A stretch of 59,121 nucleotides of DNA, the filler included. It is 5 parts of 5 records of this genome, joined end to end, with 100 filler letters (N's around TTAATTAATTAA, not from the genome) between each part and the next. Parts side by side here need not be neighbours in the genome. Positions count along the whole stretch, not along the records: positions 41,333 to 53,698 come from SRR31156797_2624; positions 53,799 to 59,121 come from SRR31156797_2637; 3 more parts are not named here. The stretch is one strand, 5' to 3'. Every line of letters starts with the position of its first letter. Within the stretch, counting starts at the first letter, position 1. Of this stretch, positions 47,426 to 57,504 are shown piece after piece. The translations under genes and the position numbers were made by a program. The notes below the pieces were generated by a model. The model was not told where the DNA came from and did no database searches. It saw only the letters and a list, made by a program, of their open reading frames with translations.

Positions 47426-49327
47426 TCATTCGAGAGGCGCGCAATCGTTGCCGACTGTTTCCGATTTCACTGCCGTCAAATCCGGCTTTTCATCGGACGC
47501 ATCCTTTTCAAAGGTCTGAAGCGTGAAGCGAATCTCGGTACCGCCGCTTTTCCCTTCGCTAATGCCCAAACGGCCTCCGTGCCGCTCGATAATCGATCGG
47601 CATATCGCCAATCCCATCCCCATGCCGTCGGTTTTTGTCGTGAAAAAAGGATCGAAAAGCCGGTCGCGCAAATCATCCGGGATACCCGGGCCGGTGTCGG
47701 CGACGGAAACCTCGATTTCACCGTCTTCCGTCCGGGACGTCCGAATGATCAACTCCTGCCGATCCTGGTGGTTTTCAGCCATGGCCTCGATGCCGTTGCG
47801 GGCAAGATTGATGACCGTTTGCTGTACCTGGATCGTATCACCCCGGGCCCATGGGAGGCCGTCGGCCAATTCGAGTCGCACCGCGATGCCCTGATGATGG
47901 GCTTCGCTTTGCATCAAATCGACCGCTTCGCGGATGACCGCATTGACGTCGACCGGCGTCAATTCGGGTTCGTCGCGTCGGATGAACCAGCGGATCCTTC
48001 GTATGATTTCGCCGGCGCGAAGGGCCTGGCTTGCGGCAGAATCCATTGCCTTTCGGAGTTCTCCGCTATCCAATTTTCCGGCATCGAGATGACGGACACA
48101 GCCGGAGGCGTAGTTCTGAATGGCCGTCAGCGGCTGATTTAATTCGTGTGCGAAGCCTGCCGCCATCTCGCCCATCGTGCTCAATCGGGCAACATGGGCC
48201 AATTCGTTCTGCAGTTTTTTTGTGTCTTCTTCTGCGTCCAGCCTTTGGGACACGTCACGCGAATTTATGACTATGCCGGCAACAATGGGGTCGTGCAGCA
48301 TGTTCTTGGCGACGGCTTCCAAAATCCGGGTCGATCCATCGGCGTGCAGGGCACGGAACTGGATGGACGCGGACGCCCCATCGGTGCCCACCAATCGGAA
48401 GAACACCTCTTTGACCGCATCGATACTCTCCGCGTGGATGAAATCAAACAGATTGGCCCCGAGCATGGCATCCGCCTGGCGACCCAAGGCCGTCTCGATG
48501 GACGGGCTTTGAAACCGGATGGTGCCGTCGCTTCCCAGAACGCTGACAAAATCCAAGGCGTTTTCGATCAACGCGCGGAATTTTGTTTCGCTTTCCCGCA
48601 CGGCTTCCTCGGCCCTGACGCGTTCGGCGATTTCGTCTCGCAACTCCTGGGTGCGTAGATCGACCCGCCGTTCCAGTTCTTCCTTGGCGTTGCGAAGGGT
48701 TTCTTCGGCGCGCCGGCGTGCCGTAACATCTTCGGCGACAGCAATCCCCAGGATCGGCCGGTTCTCGTCGTCAAATGCATAAGATGTCGTCAGTTTTACC
48801 CATATGGGATCGCCGCTTTTTCTGATGAAGCGGCGTTCGACGCTGTTGTCTCCGGATACTTGACGGTCCTCGGCCGCTTCGCGGGTCGCGGTTGCCAGGC
48901 CGTCCTCCGGATGGATCAGCTTTTGCCAACCGGTTTTCTGCAACTCTTCCTCGTCGTATCCGACGATATTCTGGAAGGCTTGGTTGGCGGTCTGGATGGT
49001 ACCTTCCGGTGTTGCCAGGAGAATTCCGGTGCCGGCGTTGTCATAGACTGCCCGGAACCTCGCCTCGCTTTGCCGCAGCGCCGCTTCCACCTTCCGGCGT
49101 TCCTCTATATTCCGCGACAGCATTCGCCATCGGTGGGCCGAAATCCAGATAAGGGCTATCGCCAAACCGATTATCGCGACCGGAAATTCGTCGAGTTCCC
49201 AGGCTTCGTGGGCACGCGTAAACTCTACCCACCATTCGACGACATCAAAGGCACCCAAAACGGCAACGGTGACCACCGGAGCAATCAATAATATTGCCAA
49301 TTCGTCTTTGGTGAAGGGGCCTTTCAT
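47426..49327 (-). CDS. PAS-PAS sensor histidine kinase (FixL/TtrS-like H-box)
   Basis: Two N-terminal TMs, two PAS/PAC domains, AGFAHELNQPL, NLARNG, DTGPGI, FFTTK..GMGMGL; start MKGPF (49327). Confidence 0.92.
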   Translation of the reverse strand: MKGPFTKDELAILLIAPVVTVAVLGAFDVVEWWVEFTRAHEAWELDEFPVAIIGLAIALIWISAHRWRMLSRNIEERRKVEAALRQSEARFRAVYDNAGTGILLATPEGTIQTANQAFQNIVGYDEEELQKTGWQKLIHPEDGLATATREAAEDRQVSGDNSVERRFIRKSGDPIWVKLTTSYAFDDENRPILGIAVAEDVTARRRAEETLRNAKEELERRVDLRTQELRDEIAERVRAEEAVRESETKFRALIENALDFVSVLGSDGTIRFQSPSIETALGRQADAMLGANLFDFIHAESIDAVKEVFFRLVGTDGASASIQFRALHADGSTRILEAVAKNMLHDPIVAGIVINSRDVSQRLDAEEDTKKLQNELAHVARLSTMGEMAAGFAHELNQPLTAIQNYASGCVRHLDAGKLDSGELRKAMDSAASQALRAGEIIRRIRWFIRRDEPELTPVDVNAVIREAVDLMQSEAHHQGIAVRLELADGLPWARGDTIQVQQTVINLARNGIEAMAENHQDRQELIIRTSRTEDGEIEVSVADTGPGIPDDLRDRLFDPFFTTKTDGMGMGLAICRSIIERHGGRLGISEGKSGGTEIRFTLQTFEKDASDEKPDLTAVKSETVGNDCAPLE

Positions 49328-49516
49328 GGGGATTTGCCGGAACTCGATCTGCCTACAAAAAAAACACGATGCCGACATCACTCCGCCAATTGGACGATGT
49401 GGTCGAACATCCTTTGATACTCGGAGATATCATCTTGTTCGGAGTCGTTCCAGGCTTGTCTGAATTCTATCGTTGCGCAAACTAGAATATATCAATTCAT
49501 CCCCAAATATAAGATT

Positions 49517-50413
49517 CTACTTATGCATCTCCCGGTATACGAGGTAAAGGCCGCCCGCCGCGACGATCATGGCGCCGACGATCGTCGGCAGATCCGGCAA
49601 TTCGCGCCACACTAGAAAACCGTATGCGGTCGCCCACAGCAGAGTCGAGTATTCCAACGGTGCCATCAGTGCCGCCGGCGCATTTCGAAATGCGACTACC
49701 AGAAGGATCTGGCCGGTTCCGCCGAGAACCCCGATCCCCGCCAGGACCAACAGGTCGGCCAACGGTGGCGATGTCCAGGCCCAGGGCAGCAGGGCCGCTG
49801 TTACCAGCAGGGCGCCGGTGGTGGGGAACAAACTCAGCGCCGCCGGGCTTTCCGTGTGCCGAAGTGCCCGGGTCGAAACCATCCAGCCGGCATAACAAAG
49901 GCTTGTCACCAGGACCATCAGGGAGGCGATGTTGAAGACGCCGGTGCCCGGCCGGATGATGATGATGGCGCCGATGAAACCAATTGCGATTGCCGCCCAT
50001 CGCCGCATCCCAACTTGTTCACCGAGAACAGCGACGGACAAAACCGCGATGAACAACGGTGCCGTAAAAAACACGGCGGTGGCGTCGGCCAGTTTCATTT
50101 GCGACAGCGCCCAGAAAAACGTAAATGCCGTCGCCAGAGCAAACCCTACTCTCATCAAATGGGCGAACGGCCGTCGCGAATATAGTGAAGCCAGTCCGCC
50201 GGTCTGCCGGACGAAAAGCAGGGTCGGTACCAAACCGAACAGATTCCGGAAAAAGATGATCTGAACCAGGGAATAGGTTCCGCTCAGCCATTTCACGCCG
50301 GCATCCAGGGTCGACAGCATGAAAATGGCCAGCGCCATCGTGCAGATTCCCAGCGCGATGCGGTCTCCATTTTGCGATCCGCTGCCTTCATGCACGTCGG
50401 CAGGCCTTTCCAT
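49517..50413 (-). CDS. DMT/EamA family transporter
   Basis: About ten hydrophobic segments; FFR, LGEQVG..RW, IRPG, APLEYS. Confidence 0.9.
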   Translation of the reverse strand: MERPADVHEGSGSQNGDRIALGICTMALAIFMLSTLDAGVKWLSGTYSLVQIIFFRNLFGLVPTLLFVRQTGGLASLYSRRPFAHLMRVGFALATAFTFFWALSQMKLADATAVFFTAPLFIAVLSVAVLGEQVGMRRWAAIAIGFIGAIIIIRPGTGVFNIASLMVLVTSLCYAGWMVSTRALRHTESPAALSLFPTTGALLVTAALLPWAWTSPPLADLLVLAGIGVLGGTGQILLVVAFRNAPAALMAPLEYSTLLWATAYGFLVWRELPDLPTIVGAMIVAAGGLYLVYREMHK

Positions 50414-50552
50414 GGTTGGCTTCGATTTGTGAATGCCCGGTTCGCTTGTCGTTCCGCCGGGATTGCTTCAAAGCCGATTCGTAGGACAAACCCGATGGCT
50501 TCGTCCACTAAGGAAAAAAGAGACCGAAAAGAAAGAGCGATCCGATCGGCCG

Positions 50553-51275
50553 CTAGTGCGAGCCGATGATCTCGCCATGGTGGCGGCAGTTTGCGATGGC
50601 CAGTTCGACAAAGACTTCGGTGATCTCTTCCGGCGTTTTCAGTGTGGCCGGGTCCTCGCCGGGGAAGGCCTGCGCCCGCATCGCCGTTTGTACTATTCCC
50701 GGATCGATCAGATTGACCCGTACCGGTGTCTTGGCGACCTCGGCGGCATAGGTCAAGACCATCATTTCGAGGGCCGCCTTACTGGTTGCGTAGGCACCCC
50801 AATAGGCCGTCGCACCCCGTGCCGCGCCCGAGGTAACGAAGATGGCCCGGCCGGAATCGCTGGTGCGCAGCAGCGGGTCGAAACTTCGGATCAGGCGCCA
50901 GTTGGCGGTAACATTGATCCTGATAACCTGTTCCCAGGTTTCCGGATCGATATGTCCGATCGGGCTAAGAATGCCGAGGATGGCGGCATTGCCGACCAGG
51001 ATATCGAGGTGTCCGAACCGCTCGAAAACGGCAGCACCCATTTGGTCGATCTTGCCGAATTCGGCCAAGTCCGCCGGCACCAGTGTGCAGGCGCCGCCGA
51101 TGGAGCGGATTTCATCGTCCAGTTCCTCAAGCGCGCCTTGGGTTCGGGCGACAGCGACCACATGGGCGCCTTCGCGGGCATAACGCAGGGCAACGGCCCG
51201 CCCGATCCCGCGCGAGGCCCCGGTTACCAGGGCGATACGCCCATCAAGACGCTTCTCCCGGCCGGTATTCGACAT
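50553..51275 (-). CDS. SDR family oxidoreductase (YciK-like)
   Basis: TGASRGIG, GNAA, YATSK. Confidence 0.92.
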   Translation of the reverse strand: MSNTGREKRLDGRIALVTGASRGIGRAVALRYAREGAHVVAVARTQGALEELDDEIRSIGGACTLVPADLAEFGKIDQMGAAVFERFGHLDILVGNAAILGILSPIGHIDPETWEQVIRINVTANWRLIRSFDPLLRTSDSGRAIFVTSGAARGATAYWGAYATSKAALEMMVLTYAAEVAKTPVRVNLIDPGIVQTAMRAQAFPGEDPATLKTPEEITEVFVELAIANCRHHGEIIGSH

Positions 51276-51278
51276 CGA

Positions 51279-52754
51279 TCAATCCCGTTCCGTCAGCAAC
51301 GACAATTGTTCGGGGACAGGGCCTTCCTCCTGGTCGACCAAAGCAATCGGGTATTCGCCGCTGAAACAGGCGTCGCAGAATTGCGGCGCCTGCGCATCGC
51401 GTCCGTTCATGCCGACGGCGCGATACAGGCCGTCGAGCGAGAGGAAGGCAAGGGTATCGACGCCGATGCGCCGAGCCATGCCCTGAACATCCAGTTTCGA
51501 TGCCAGCAATTCCTCGGTGGCGGGCGTGTCGATACCATAAAAACAGGAGTGCGCGGTTGGCGGGCTCGAAATCCGCATATGCACTTCGGCGGCGCCGGCA
51601 TTCCTGACCATATCGACGATTTTCATCGACGTCGTGCCGCGCACGATGGAATCGTCGACCAGGACGACCCGCTTGCCCCTGATCCGTGCCGTATTCGCAT
51701 TGTGTTTCAGTTTGACGCCCAAGTGCCGGATATTCTGGGTCGGTTCGATGAAGGTCCGGCCGACATAGTGATTGCGGATAATGCCCAATTCGAACGGCAC
51801 GCCGGAATGTTCGGCGTAACCGATGGCGGCGGGAACTCCCGAGTCCGGCACCGGCACGATCATGTCGGCGGGGACGCCGCTTTCTTCGGCCAGTTGGGCA
51901 CCGATGCGCTTGCGCACGTCGTAGACGTTGCGCCCTTCGACGATGCTGTCGGGGCGGGCGAAATAGATATATTCGAAAATACAAAAACGCGACGGCATCT
52001 TGGCGAACGGCTTGATGCTGCGGATGCCGTCGTCGTCGATGACGACGATTTCCCCGGGTTCAATATCGCGCACGAACTCGGCGCCGATGATATCGAAGGC
52101 GCAGGTTTCCGAGGCCAGAATATAGGCTTCGCCGAGCCGTCCGAGGACAAGCGGCCGAACGCCGCTGGGGTCACGCACGCCGATCAGCTTGCGCCGGGTC
52201 TGGGCGATCAACGAATAGGCTCCTTCAAGATGACGAAGGGCATCGATCATCCTGTCGACCACCGTCGAATAGTGGCTGATGGCGATCAGGTGAATGATCG
52301 TTTCGGTGTCGCAGGTCGATTGGAAGATGCATCCCTGGCGTACCAGCCGCCGGCGAATCTGATAGGCGTTGGTCAGGTTGCCGTTGTGGGCGATGGACAA
52401 GCCACCGAATTCGAAATCGGCGAAAAGCGGCTGAACGTTGCGCAAAATCGTTCCGCCCGAGGTCGAATAGCGGACATGGCCGATGGCACACGACCCCGGC
52501 AGCGTCCTGATGACATCTTCCGAACTGAAGTTGTCGCCGACCAGGCCGAGGGCGCGGTGGGTATGAAAATGCTCACCGTCGAAGCTGACGACACCGGCCG
52601 CTTCCTGGCCGCGGTGTTGCAACGCGTGAAGGCCAAGCGCGGTGTGGGCGGACGCATCTTCGTAACCGAATATGCCGAAGATCCCGCATTCTTCTTTCGG
52701 ATGATCGTCGTCTTCGTCGGTCACGCTTGTCCAGGGGGACGCACCGTCGATCAT
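51279..52754 (-). CDS. purF: amidophosphoribosyltransferase
   Basis: EECGIFG, LQHRGQE, GHVRYST, HNGNL, YFARPDS, VPDSG, LVDDSIVRGTT. Confidence 0.98.
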   Translation of the reverse strand: MIDGASPWTSVTDEDDDHPKEECGIFGIFGYEDASAHTALGLHALQHRGQEAAGVVSFDGEHFHTHRALGLVGDNFSSEDVIRTLPGSCAIGHVRYSTSGGTILRNVQPLFADFEFGGLSIAHNGNLTNAYQIRRRLVRQGCIFQSTCDTETIIHLIAISHYSTVVDRMIDALRHLEGAYSLIAQTRRKLIGVRDPSGVRPLVLGRLGEAYILASETCAFDIIGAEFVRDIEPGEIVVIDDDGIRSIKPFAKMPSRFCIFEYIYFARPDSIVEGRNVYDVRKRIGAQLAEESGVPADMIVPVPDSGVPAAIGYAEHSGVPFELGIIRNHYVGRTFIEPTQNIRHLGVKLKHNANTARIRGKRVVLVDDSIVRGTTSMKIVDMVRNAGAAEVHMRISSPPTAHSCFYGIDTPATEELLASKLDVQGMARRIGVDTLAFLSLDGLYRAVGMNGRDAQAPQFCDACFSGEYPIALVDQEEGPVPEQLSLLTERD

Positions 52755-53410
52755 TGATTGCCCTCGATCAGGCGTTCCATCTCGCGCCGTTCTCCGCGAT
52801 TGTACCCTTCCGCCCGTTTCTTCTCGGCACCTTTCGGCACCATATTCAGCATGTCGCCGAGTTCAAGCATTTTGTCCGCCTTTTTCTTGACGTTTCCGGC
52901 CGCTTTGTTGCCGGCGGCGGCGGCGTCTTCGGGGATTAGTGTTTTCAGGATGTCGGAGCCGGCCCTGATCAACGGCATGCTGCGCGCCGATTGCACCCAG
53001 GTCGGATGATCTGCCGGCGGAACCAGCCATGAAAGCGCCAAATAGGCGATGCAGACAATGACGGCGCCGCGGACGATTCCGAACAAAAATCCGAGCGAAC
53101 GGTCGAGGATGTTCAACGCACTGTCCTTGACCATTTTGGCGATGCCGCGGGTCAGGAGCGACAGCACCACCAGCGTCAGGATGAAAATGGCGACGCCGGC
53201 AACAAGGTCGGCGATCAAATCGATCGGAATCAGGTCGCGCGCATAGGGTTTGACGTAGGGATAGCCGTAGATGGTCGCAAAGATGGCCCCGATCCAACCC
53301 AAGACCGACAACACCTCGTGCACGAACCCGCGGGCATAGGCCAAAAGGGCGCTGATCAGCAGGACGACGCCGACGACGATGTCGGTGATGTTGATCGGAA
53401 GGTTATCCAT
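52751..53410 (-). CDS. cvpA: colicin V production protein CvpA
   Basis: RGFVHEVLS, LDRSLGFLFGIVRG; directly upstream of purF; start MDNLP (53410). Confidence 0.93.
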   Translation of the reverse strand: MDNLPINITDIVVGVVLLISALLAYARGFVHEVLSVLGWIGAIFATIYGYPYVKPYARDLIPIDLIADLVAGVAIFILTLVVLSLLTRGIAKMVKDSALNILDRSLGFLFGIVRGAVIVCIAYLALSWLVPPADHPTWVQSARSMPLIRAGSDILKTLIPEDAAAAGNKAAGNVKKKADKMLELGDMLNMVPKGAEKKRAEGYNRGERREMERLIEGNQ

Positions 53411-53698
53411 GCCGGGCTCTTTCGGTCTTTTCCTGCGCAGACCGCGTTGTCGTTCGTGCCGGTCCGAATTGTTGCACAATGTCGTCAACGCGGGCGATCC
53501 GGGTCAAGTCCAATCCGAAATCGGTGCCGGCCGATTTGCCCTGGGTCTTCTTCCGGTTTCGCTCCGCCGGCAGGATGGCCTGGCTGAAACCCAACTTGGC
53601 GGCTTCCTTCAGGCGGCTGTCGGTGTGGGCGACCGGGCGCACTTCGCCGGCCAGGCCGACCTCGCCGAAAACGACCGTTTCGGGGGAAACCGGCTGGC
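53403..53698 (-). CDS. radA: DNA repair protein RadA/Sms, C-terminal part (5'-truncated)
   Basis: TVVFGEVGLAGEVRPV...RLKEAAKLGF; radA-cvpA-purF order is typical of Alphaproteobacteria. Confidence 0.9.
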
Positions 53699-53798
53699 NN
53701 NNNNNNNNNNNNNNNNNNNNNNNNNNNNNNNNNNNNNNNNNNTTAATTAATTAANNNNNNNNNNNNNNNNNNNNNNNNNNNNNNNNNNNNNNNNNNNN
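53699..53798. other. artificial contig-joining linker
   Basis: 44 N + TTAATTAATTAA + 44 N. Confidence 0.98.
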
Positions 53799-54724
53799 GC
53801 AGCCATGGTTTCCCCTCCGAAGGTCCCCTTATGGCCGCAGCGGATGGTACAGGGTTTACAAGTATGATGGGATGTCTTGTGCACCCTTGCCATGGTTTCG
53901 CCATAGACATTTTCAGCCCGGTCATGGCTGGCTTCCCTGAAATTATTGATGGGCAGAAGTCCGGCCTCGTTACAGGGTTTTACATTTGAGGCTGTTCCGT
54001 AATTTCGATAATTCTCCCCGCTTAAGGGATTGGCATTTATATACCGATTACCGGTTTTTACTAATTTTTTAAATTTTACTGAATTTTTAGGTTTAATGCG
54101 GTACGCCCCGCCTGTGGCCACAATGGCCTTTAAATTTTTTGATCCCATCACGGTTCCGATGCCGCCCCGGCCTAAAAACCTGTGTCCTGATCCAATGTTG
54201 GCAAACCGCGCCAGGTTCTCTCCTGCCGGACCGATGACCAGGGATTTGGATGAATTTTTGTCCAAAACAGCCTGGGTCTCAGGAATTTGGGTTCCCCAAA
54301 TTTTCTCTGCAGACTTGAACTCAACACCCTGGGCCGTGATGTCAAGATAAACCGGCGCCCGGGACTTTCCGGTAATAATAAGGCCGTCCCACCCGGCTGT
54401 TTTAAAAGCCATGCCAAAGGGACCGCCGCAGGAAGAGGAAACCATGATCCCGGTGAGGGGGGATTTGGTCAATGCGGCAAACCGGCCTGAACAAGGCGCT
54501 CCCGTCCCCATGAGAATTCCCGGCATAAAGGCCAGGTAATTATCCGGGCCAAGAGGATCTGCCCCGGCAGGCATCCGGTCATATAGCAGTTTGAGTCCAA
54601 GCCCTTTGGCACCGAGATAAAGCCGTCGTAAATTGTCATTAATTTTGGTTATGGTTATGCTCAGGTTGGTCAGATCAACTTCAAGTATTCGATTGGTGCA
54701 GCCTTCAATCCGTTTTACCATCAT
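53799..54724 (-). CDS. aldehyde:ferredoxin oxidoreductase (tungsten AOR family), 3'-truncated
   Basis: ILEVDL, YLGAKGLG, KSPLTG, GGPFG, IGPAGEN, GRGGIG.VMGSKNLKAI, CKPCTIRC. Confidence 0.92.
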
Positions 54725-54933
54725 CCCGCCTCCCCATTTAGAATCAATAAAACTTATTCAATTTTCAACGGAACCCCCTATGGTTTCCCCTCCGGATATC
54801 ATATATTGCCATCCTATCCAGAAAAAGTTAAGGATTGGAAATAAAAAAACTTAATAATATTCTTTTAGGGGCTTGGCTGGGTTGACCTGCTCTCAAAAGA
54901 TTCTACACTTACCTGATAAAAACCAGATCCGGT

Positions 54934-55659
54934 TCAATCCTTATGAACATGGGGATGGCGGCCGTGCTTGTGCACATGCTCGTGGTGGTGGACGTGGATC
55001 TCTTCATCGGTAAGGATCTTGCCAGCTTCCATGGAAAATATCCGGTCCGCCACGGTGTTTAAAAAATCAAATTCATGGGAAATGATGAGATAGGATATAT
55101 CCAGGCGGTTTAAAATCCCGCTCAAAACCTTTTTTACCCCTGCATCCAGCCCGGATGTGGGTTCATCCAGCAGCAGGACCTCCGGTGACATGGCAAGGAC
55201 CGAGGCCAGGGCCACCAGTCGTTTCTGTCCGCCTGAAAGCCTGTGGGTCACCCGGTTTTGAAGCGCGTTGATGCCAAGGCTGTCAAGCACCTCTACAGCC
55301 TTGGCCATGGATGCTTTCCGCCCCAGTCCCATATTCAAAGGGCCGAAGGCCACATCCTCCATCACCGTGGGACAGAAAAGCTGGTCGTCGGAATCCTGGA
55401 ACAACAGCCCCACCCGGGTCCGGATGGCGGCAAAATCAGCCTCGGAATTCATGGGGGTGTCAAATATTTTGATGGATCCGGATTTGGGACGGCACAGGCC
55501 CATGATGGTGTGCAAAAGGGTGGTTTTCCCGCTGCCGTTGGGGGCCATGAGGCCGATACGGTCCCCCGGGGAAATTTCCAGGTTCAACCCGTCCAATACC
55601 GTTGCCGTTGAACCCGGATAGGAAAAACAGATTTCCTCCAGGTGGATAATGCTGGTCAT
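54934..55659 (-). CDS. cbiO: Co/Ni ECF transporter ATPase CbiO/NikO with His-rich tail
   Basis: APNGSGKTT, FQDSDDQLF, DVAFGP, LSGGQKR, LDEPT; C-terminus HVHHHEHVHKHGRHPHVHKD. Confidence 0.92.
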   Translation of the reverse strand: MTSIIHLEEICFSYPGSTATVLDGLNLEISPGDRIGLMAPNGSGKTTLLHTIMGLCRPKSGSIKIFDTPMNSEADFAAIRTRVGLLFQDSDDQLFCPTVMEDVAFGPLNMGLGRKASMAKAVEVLDSLGINALQNRVTHRLSGGQKRLVALASVLAMSPEVLLLDEPTSGLDAGVKKVLSGILNRLDISYLIISHEFDFLNTVADRIFSMEAGKILTDEEIHVHHHEHVHKHGRHPHVHKD

Positions 55660-56414
55660 TACGCGAAAAACCTTTCAATAAGGGTCAATGCCGTGGCTGC
55701 AGCTGCCATGGTGCAGAAAAACACAGAGTTTAGCCCATAGGGGGCATAGACGTCAAGGGTATGAAATTTCTGGCTGAACCCCCGGCAGAGCATGGCCTGG
55801 TATACCCGGGTGGCACGGTGGGAGGCACGGACAAAGAGCATTCCGGCCAGATAGGCATATGTTTTATAGGAGTGGATGTTTGTGCCGGGGCGAAATCCCC
55901 TAAATCTGGCCGCCCTGTGCAGCCGGTGGTACTCGTCCCTGATCACTGAAATATACCGATAGGTCATGAGCAGGAGAAAAACCATCTTATCCGGCACCTT
56001 CAAGCGGTGGAGGGCCGCCCCAAGGGACGCCACGGGCATGGTGAGGATCAGGGCGGAAAAGATCAAAAGAATGGCAAAGGATTTCAGGGTAATCCGTGTG
56101 CATACCTCAATCCCGTACCGGCTGATGGTAATCCAACCGTAGTGGGCAATGACATCCCGGGTAAAGGTCAGGGGCAGAAAAATCCATATCATGAGGACAA
56201 ACCAGAACAAGGGCCTCAGCCGTCCTGCCATCTGGTTGGGGGAAAGGCCTGCCAGTGCGCAGAGCATCAGACTCAGGCCCAAATAGCAGCTGATAATCCC
56301 CAGATGCTCGGACAATGCAGCGGCAATGGAAAGAAAGGTTGCGGCAAGGATCCGGACGCCAGGGTCCAGCCGGTGGATGGGTGAGCACCCGTGTTCAAAA
56401 GAGTGGTCAATCAT
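55659..56414 (-). CDS. cbiQ: Co/Ni ECF transporter T component CbiQ/NikQ
   Basis: IHRLDP, MTYRYI, AARFRGF, AMLCRGF. Confidence 0.92.
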   Translation of the reverse strand: MIDHSFEHGCSPIHRLDPGVRILAATFLSIAAALSEHLGIISCYLGLSLMLCALAGLSPNQMAGRLRPLFWFVLMIWIFLPLTFTRDVIAHYGWITISRYGIEVCTRITLKSFAILLIFSALILTMPVASLGAALHRLKVPDKMVFLLLMTYRYISVIRDEYHRLHRAARFRGFRPGTNIHSYKTYAYLAGMLFVRASHRATRVYQAMLCRGFSQKFHTLDVYAPYGLNSVFFCTMAAAATALTLIERFFA

Positions 56415-56898
56415 TGGGACTGCCTTTTTTCTTTTTCAACATCCCCAGCCCAAGGGCCAGGCCGAAAATAACCCCGATGCCGGCCAGGATTTTACCGGGG
56501 GCTACCCCCTTTTCCAGGGCCTTGTGAGCAGGCGTCTCATCAATCTTGACCGGACCGGCTTCAGGTGAAAATTCCCCGGCCTCAATGGTCCATTTTCCCA
56601 GATGACCGGGGCCGGCATCCAGGGTGAGCACCATGGCCGAGGCATGGCCGTCGGGCACTTTGAAAACGACCCGGCCGGCCTCATCTGTCTTTCCGGAAAA
56701 AATAAGGACCTCATCTGTACCAAGGGCTTTTATGGGGCAGTTTTTTGCAGGCTTGCCCCCTCCGAACCCACCCTCGGCATGAACCATTCCGTCTTCCACC
56801 CAGGCAAATAAAAGAACACGGTGAGCAAGGAGAGTTGCGGGTATCAAAACGGTCCCCAAACAGAGAACCAGGATACTATCCAAAATTTTTTTTTTCAT
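56407..56898 (-). CDS. NikL/CbiL-like accessory component
   Basis: Signal peptide then AHRVLLFAW, G.TD..G, DAGPGH and a C-terminal TM; located between the M and Q genes. Confidence 0.72.
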   Translation of the reverse strand: MKKKILDSILVLCLGTVLIPATLLAHRVLLFAWVEDGMVHAEGGFGGGKPAKNCPIKALGTDEVLIFSGKTDEAGRVVFKVPDGHASAMVLTLDAGPGHLGKWTIEAGEFSPEAGPVKIDETPAHKALEKGVAPGKILAGIGVIFGLALGLGMLKKKKGSPND

Positions 56899-57503
56899 GG
56901 TTTTATCTTTCGGGGCAGAATTTCAGGATAGACCTTCACCAAAAAAGAGATGCAGAATCCGGTGATAATGCCTTCGATGATCATCACCGGCACATGGGCC
57001 GTGACAATGGCCATGCTGGTTTTAAGGAATTGCTGGTCCGTAAGCCAGAGACTGGCTGCCAAAAGCAGGCATGAGCCGCAAATGGAAAAAAGGCCGGCCA
57101 AAAACCCGCCCGTAAAGGTCAGGGCCGGGGATTTTCCCAAAAGGGGACCAAACAGATAATGTACGGCAACAGCCGGCACCGCCATGATAACGGCATTGAC
57201 CCCCAGGGCGGTGAGTCCGCCGTATTGAAATAAAAGAGACTGAAGGACCAGGGCCGTCAGAATGGCCGGAAAGGCGGCCAGCCCCAAAAGCAGCCCCACC
57301 ACCCCGTTAAGGATGAGATGGACACTCACAGGCCCTAGGTTCACATGGATAAGGGAGGCCACAAAAAAGGCCGAGGCCAGGATGGCCACATGGACCATGC
57401 GGTCGTAATTGATTGTCTTCAGTCCCAGGGTGGTGCAGCCCAGGGTAAGGGCTGCACCTGCCCCGAGGACGGGACCTGAAAGAACGCCCTCGGATATATG
57501 CAT
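56895..57503 (-). CDS. cbiM: Co/Ni ECF transporter S component CbiM/NikM
   Basis: N-terminal MHISEG metal-binding motif, SVHL, LFQYGGLTALGVN, IEG; start at 57503. Confidence 0.93.
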   Translation of the reverse strand: MHISEGVLSGPVLGAGAALTLGCTTLGLKTINYDRMVHVAILASAFFVASLIHVNLGPVSVHLILNGVVGLLLGLAAFPAILTALVLQSLLFQYGGLTALGVNAVIMAVPAVAVHYLFGPLLGKSPALTFTGGFLAGLFSICGSCLLLAASLWLTDQQFLKTSMAIVTAHVPVMIIEGIITGFCISFLVKVYPEILPRKIKP

Positions 57504-57504
57504 C

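Noticed and set aside
99-52757. Long antisense or alternate-frame ORFs (e.g. 1403-2764, 8753-10132, 13653-14972, 29262-30719, 30835-32319, 50433-52757)
   Set aside because: They shadow well-supported genes in GC-rich DNA and carry no recognisable motifs.
15215-53798. Four copies of TTAATTAATTAA flanked by N runs, as a repeat family
   Set aside because: Identical 100-nt artificial linkers with stops in all frames. Gene adjacency across them is not biological, and ORFs running into them are truncated.
53805-54794. 15-nt direct repeat ATGGTTTCCCCTCCG at 53805-53819 and 54780-54794
   Set aside because: One copy is inside the AOR coding sequence and there is no element structure; a 15-mer match is compatible with chance in a window of this size.
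54725-54933. Moco/tungsten riboswitch or sigma54 promoter upstream of the AOR gene
   Set aside because: No convincing structured motif and no correctly spaced GG-N10-GC consensus found by eye.
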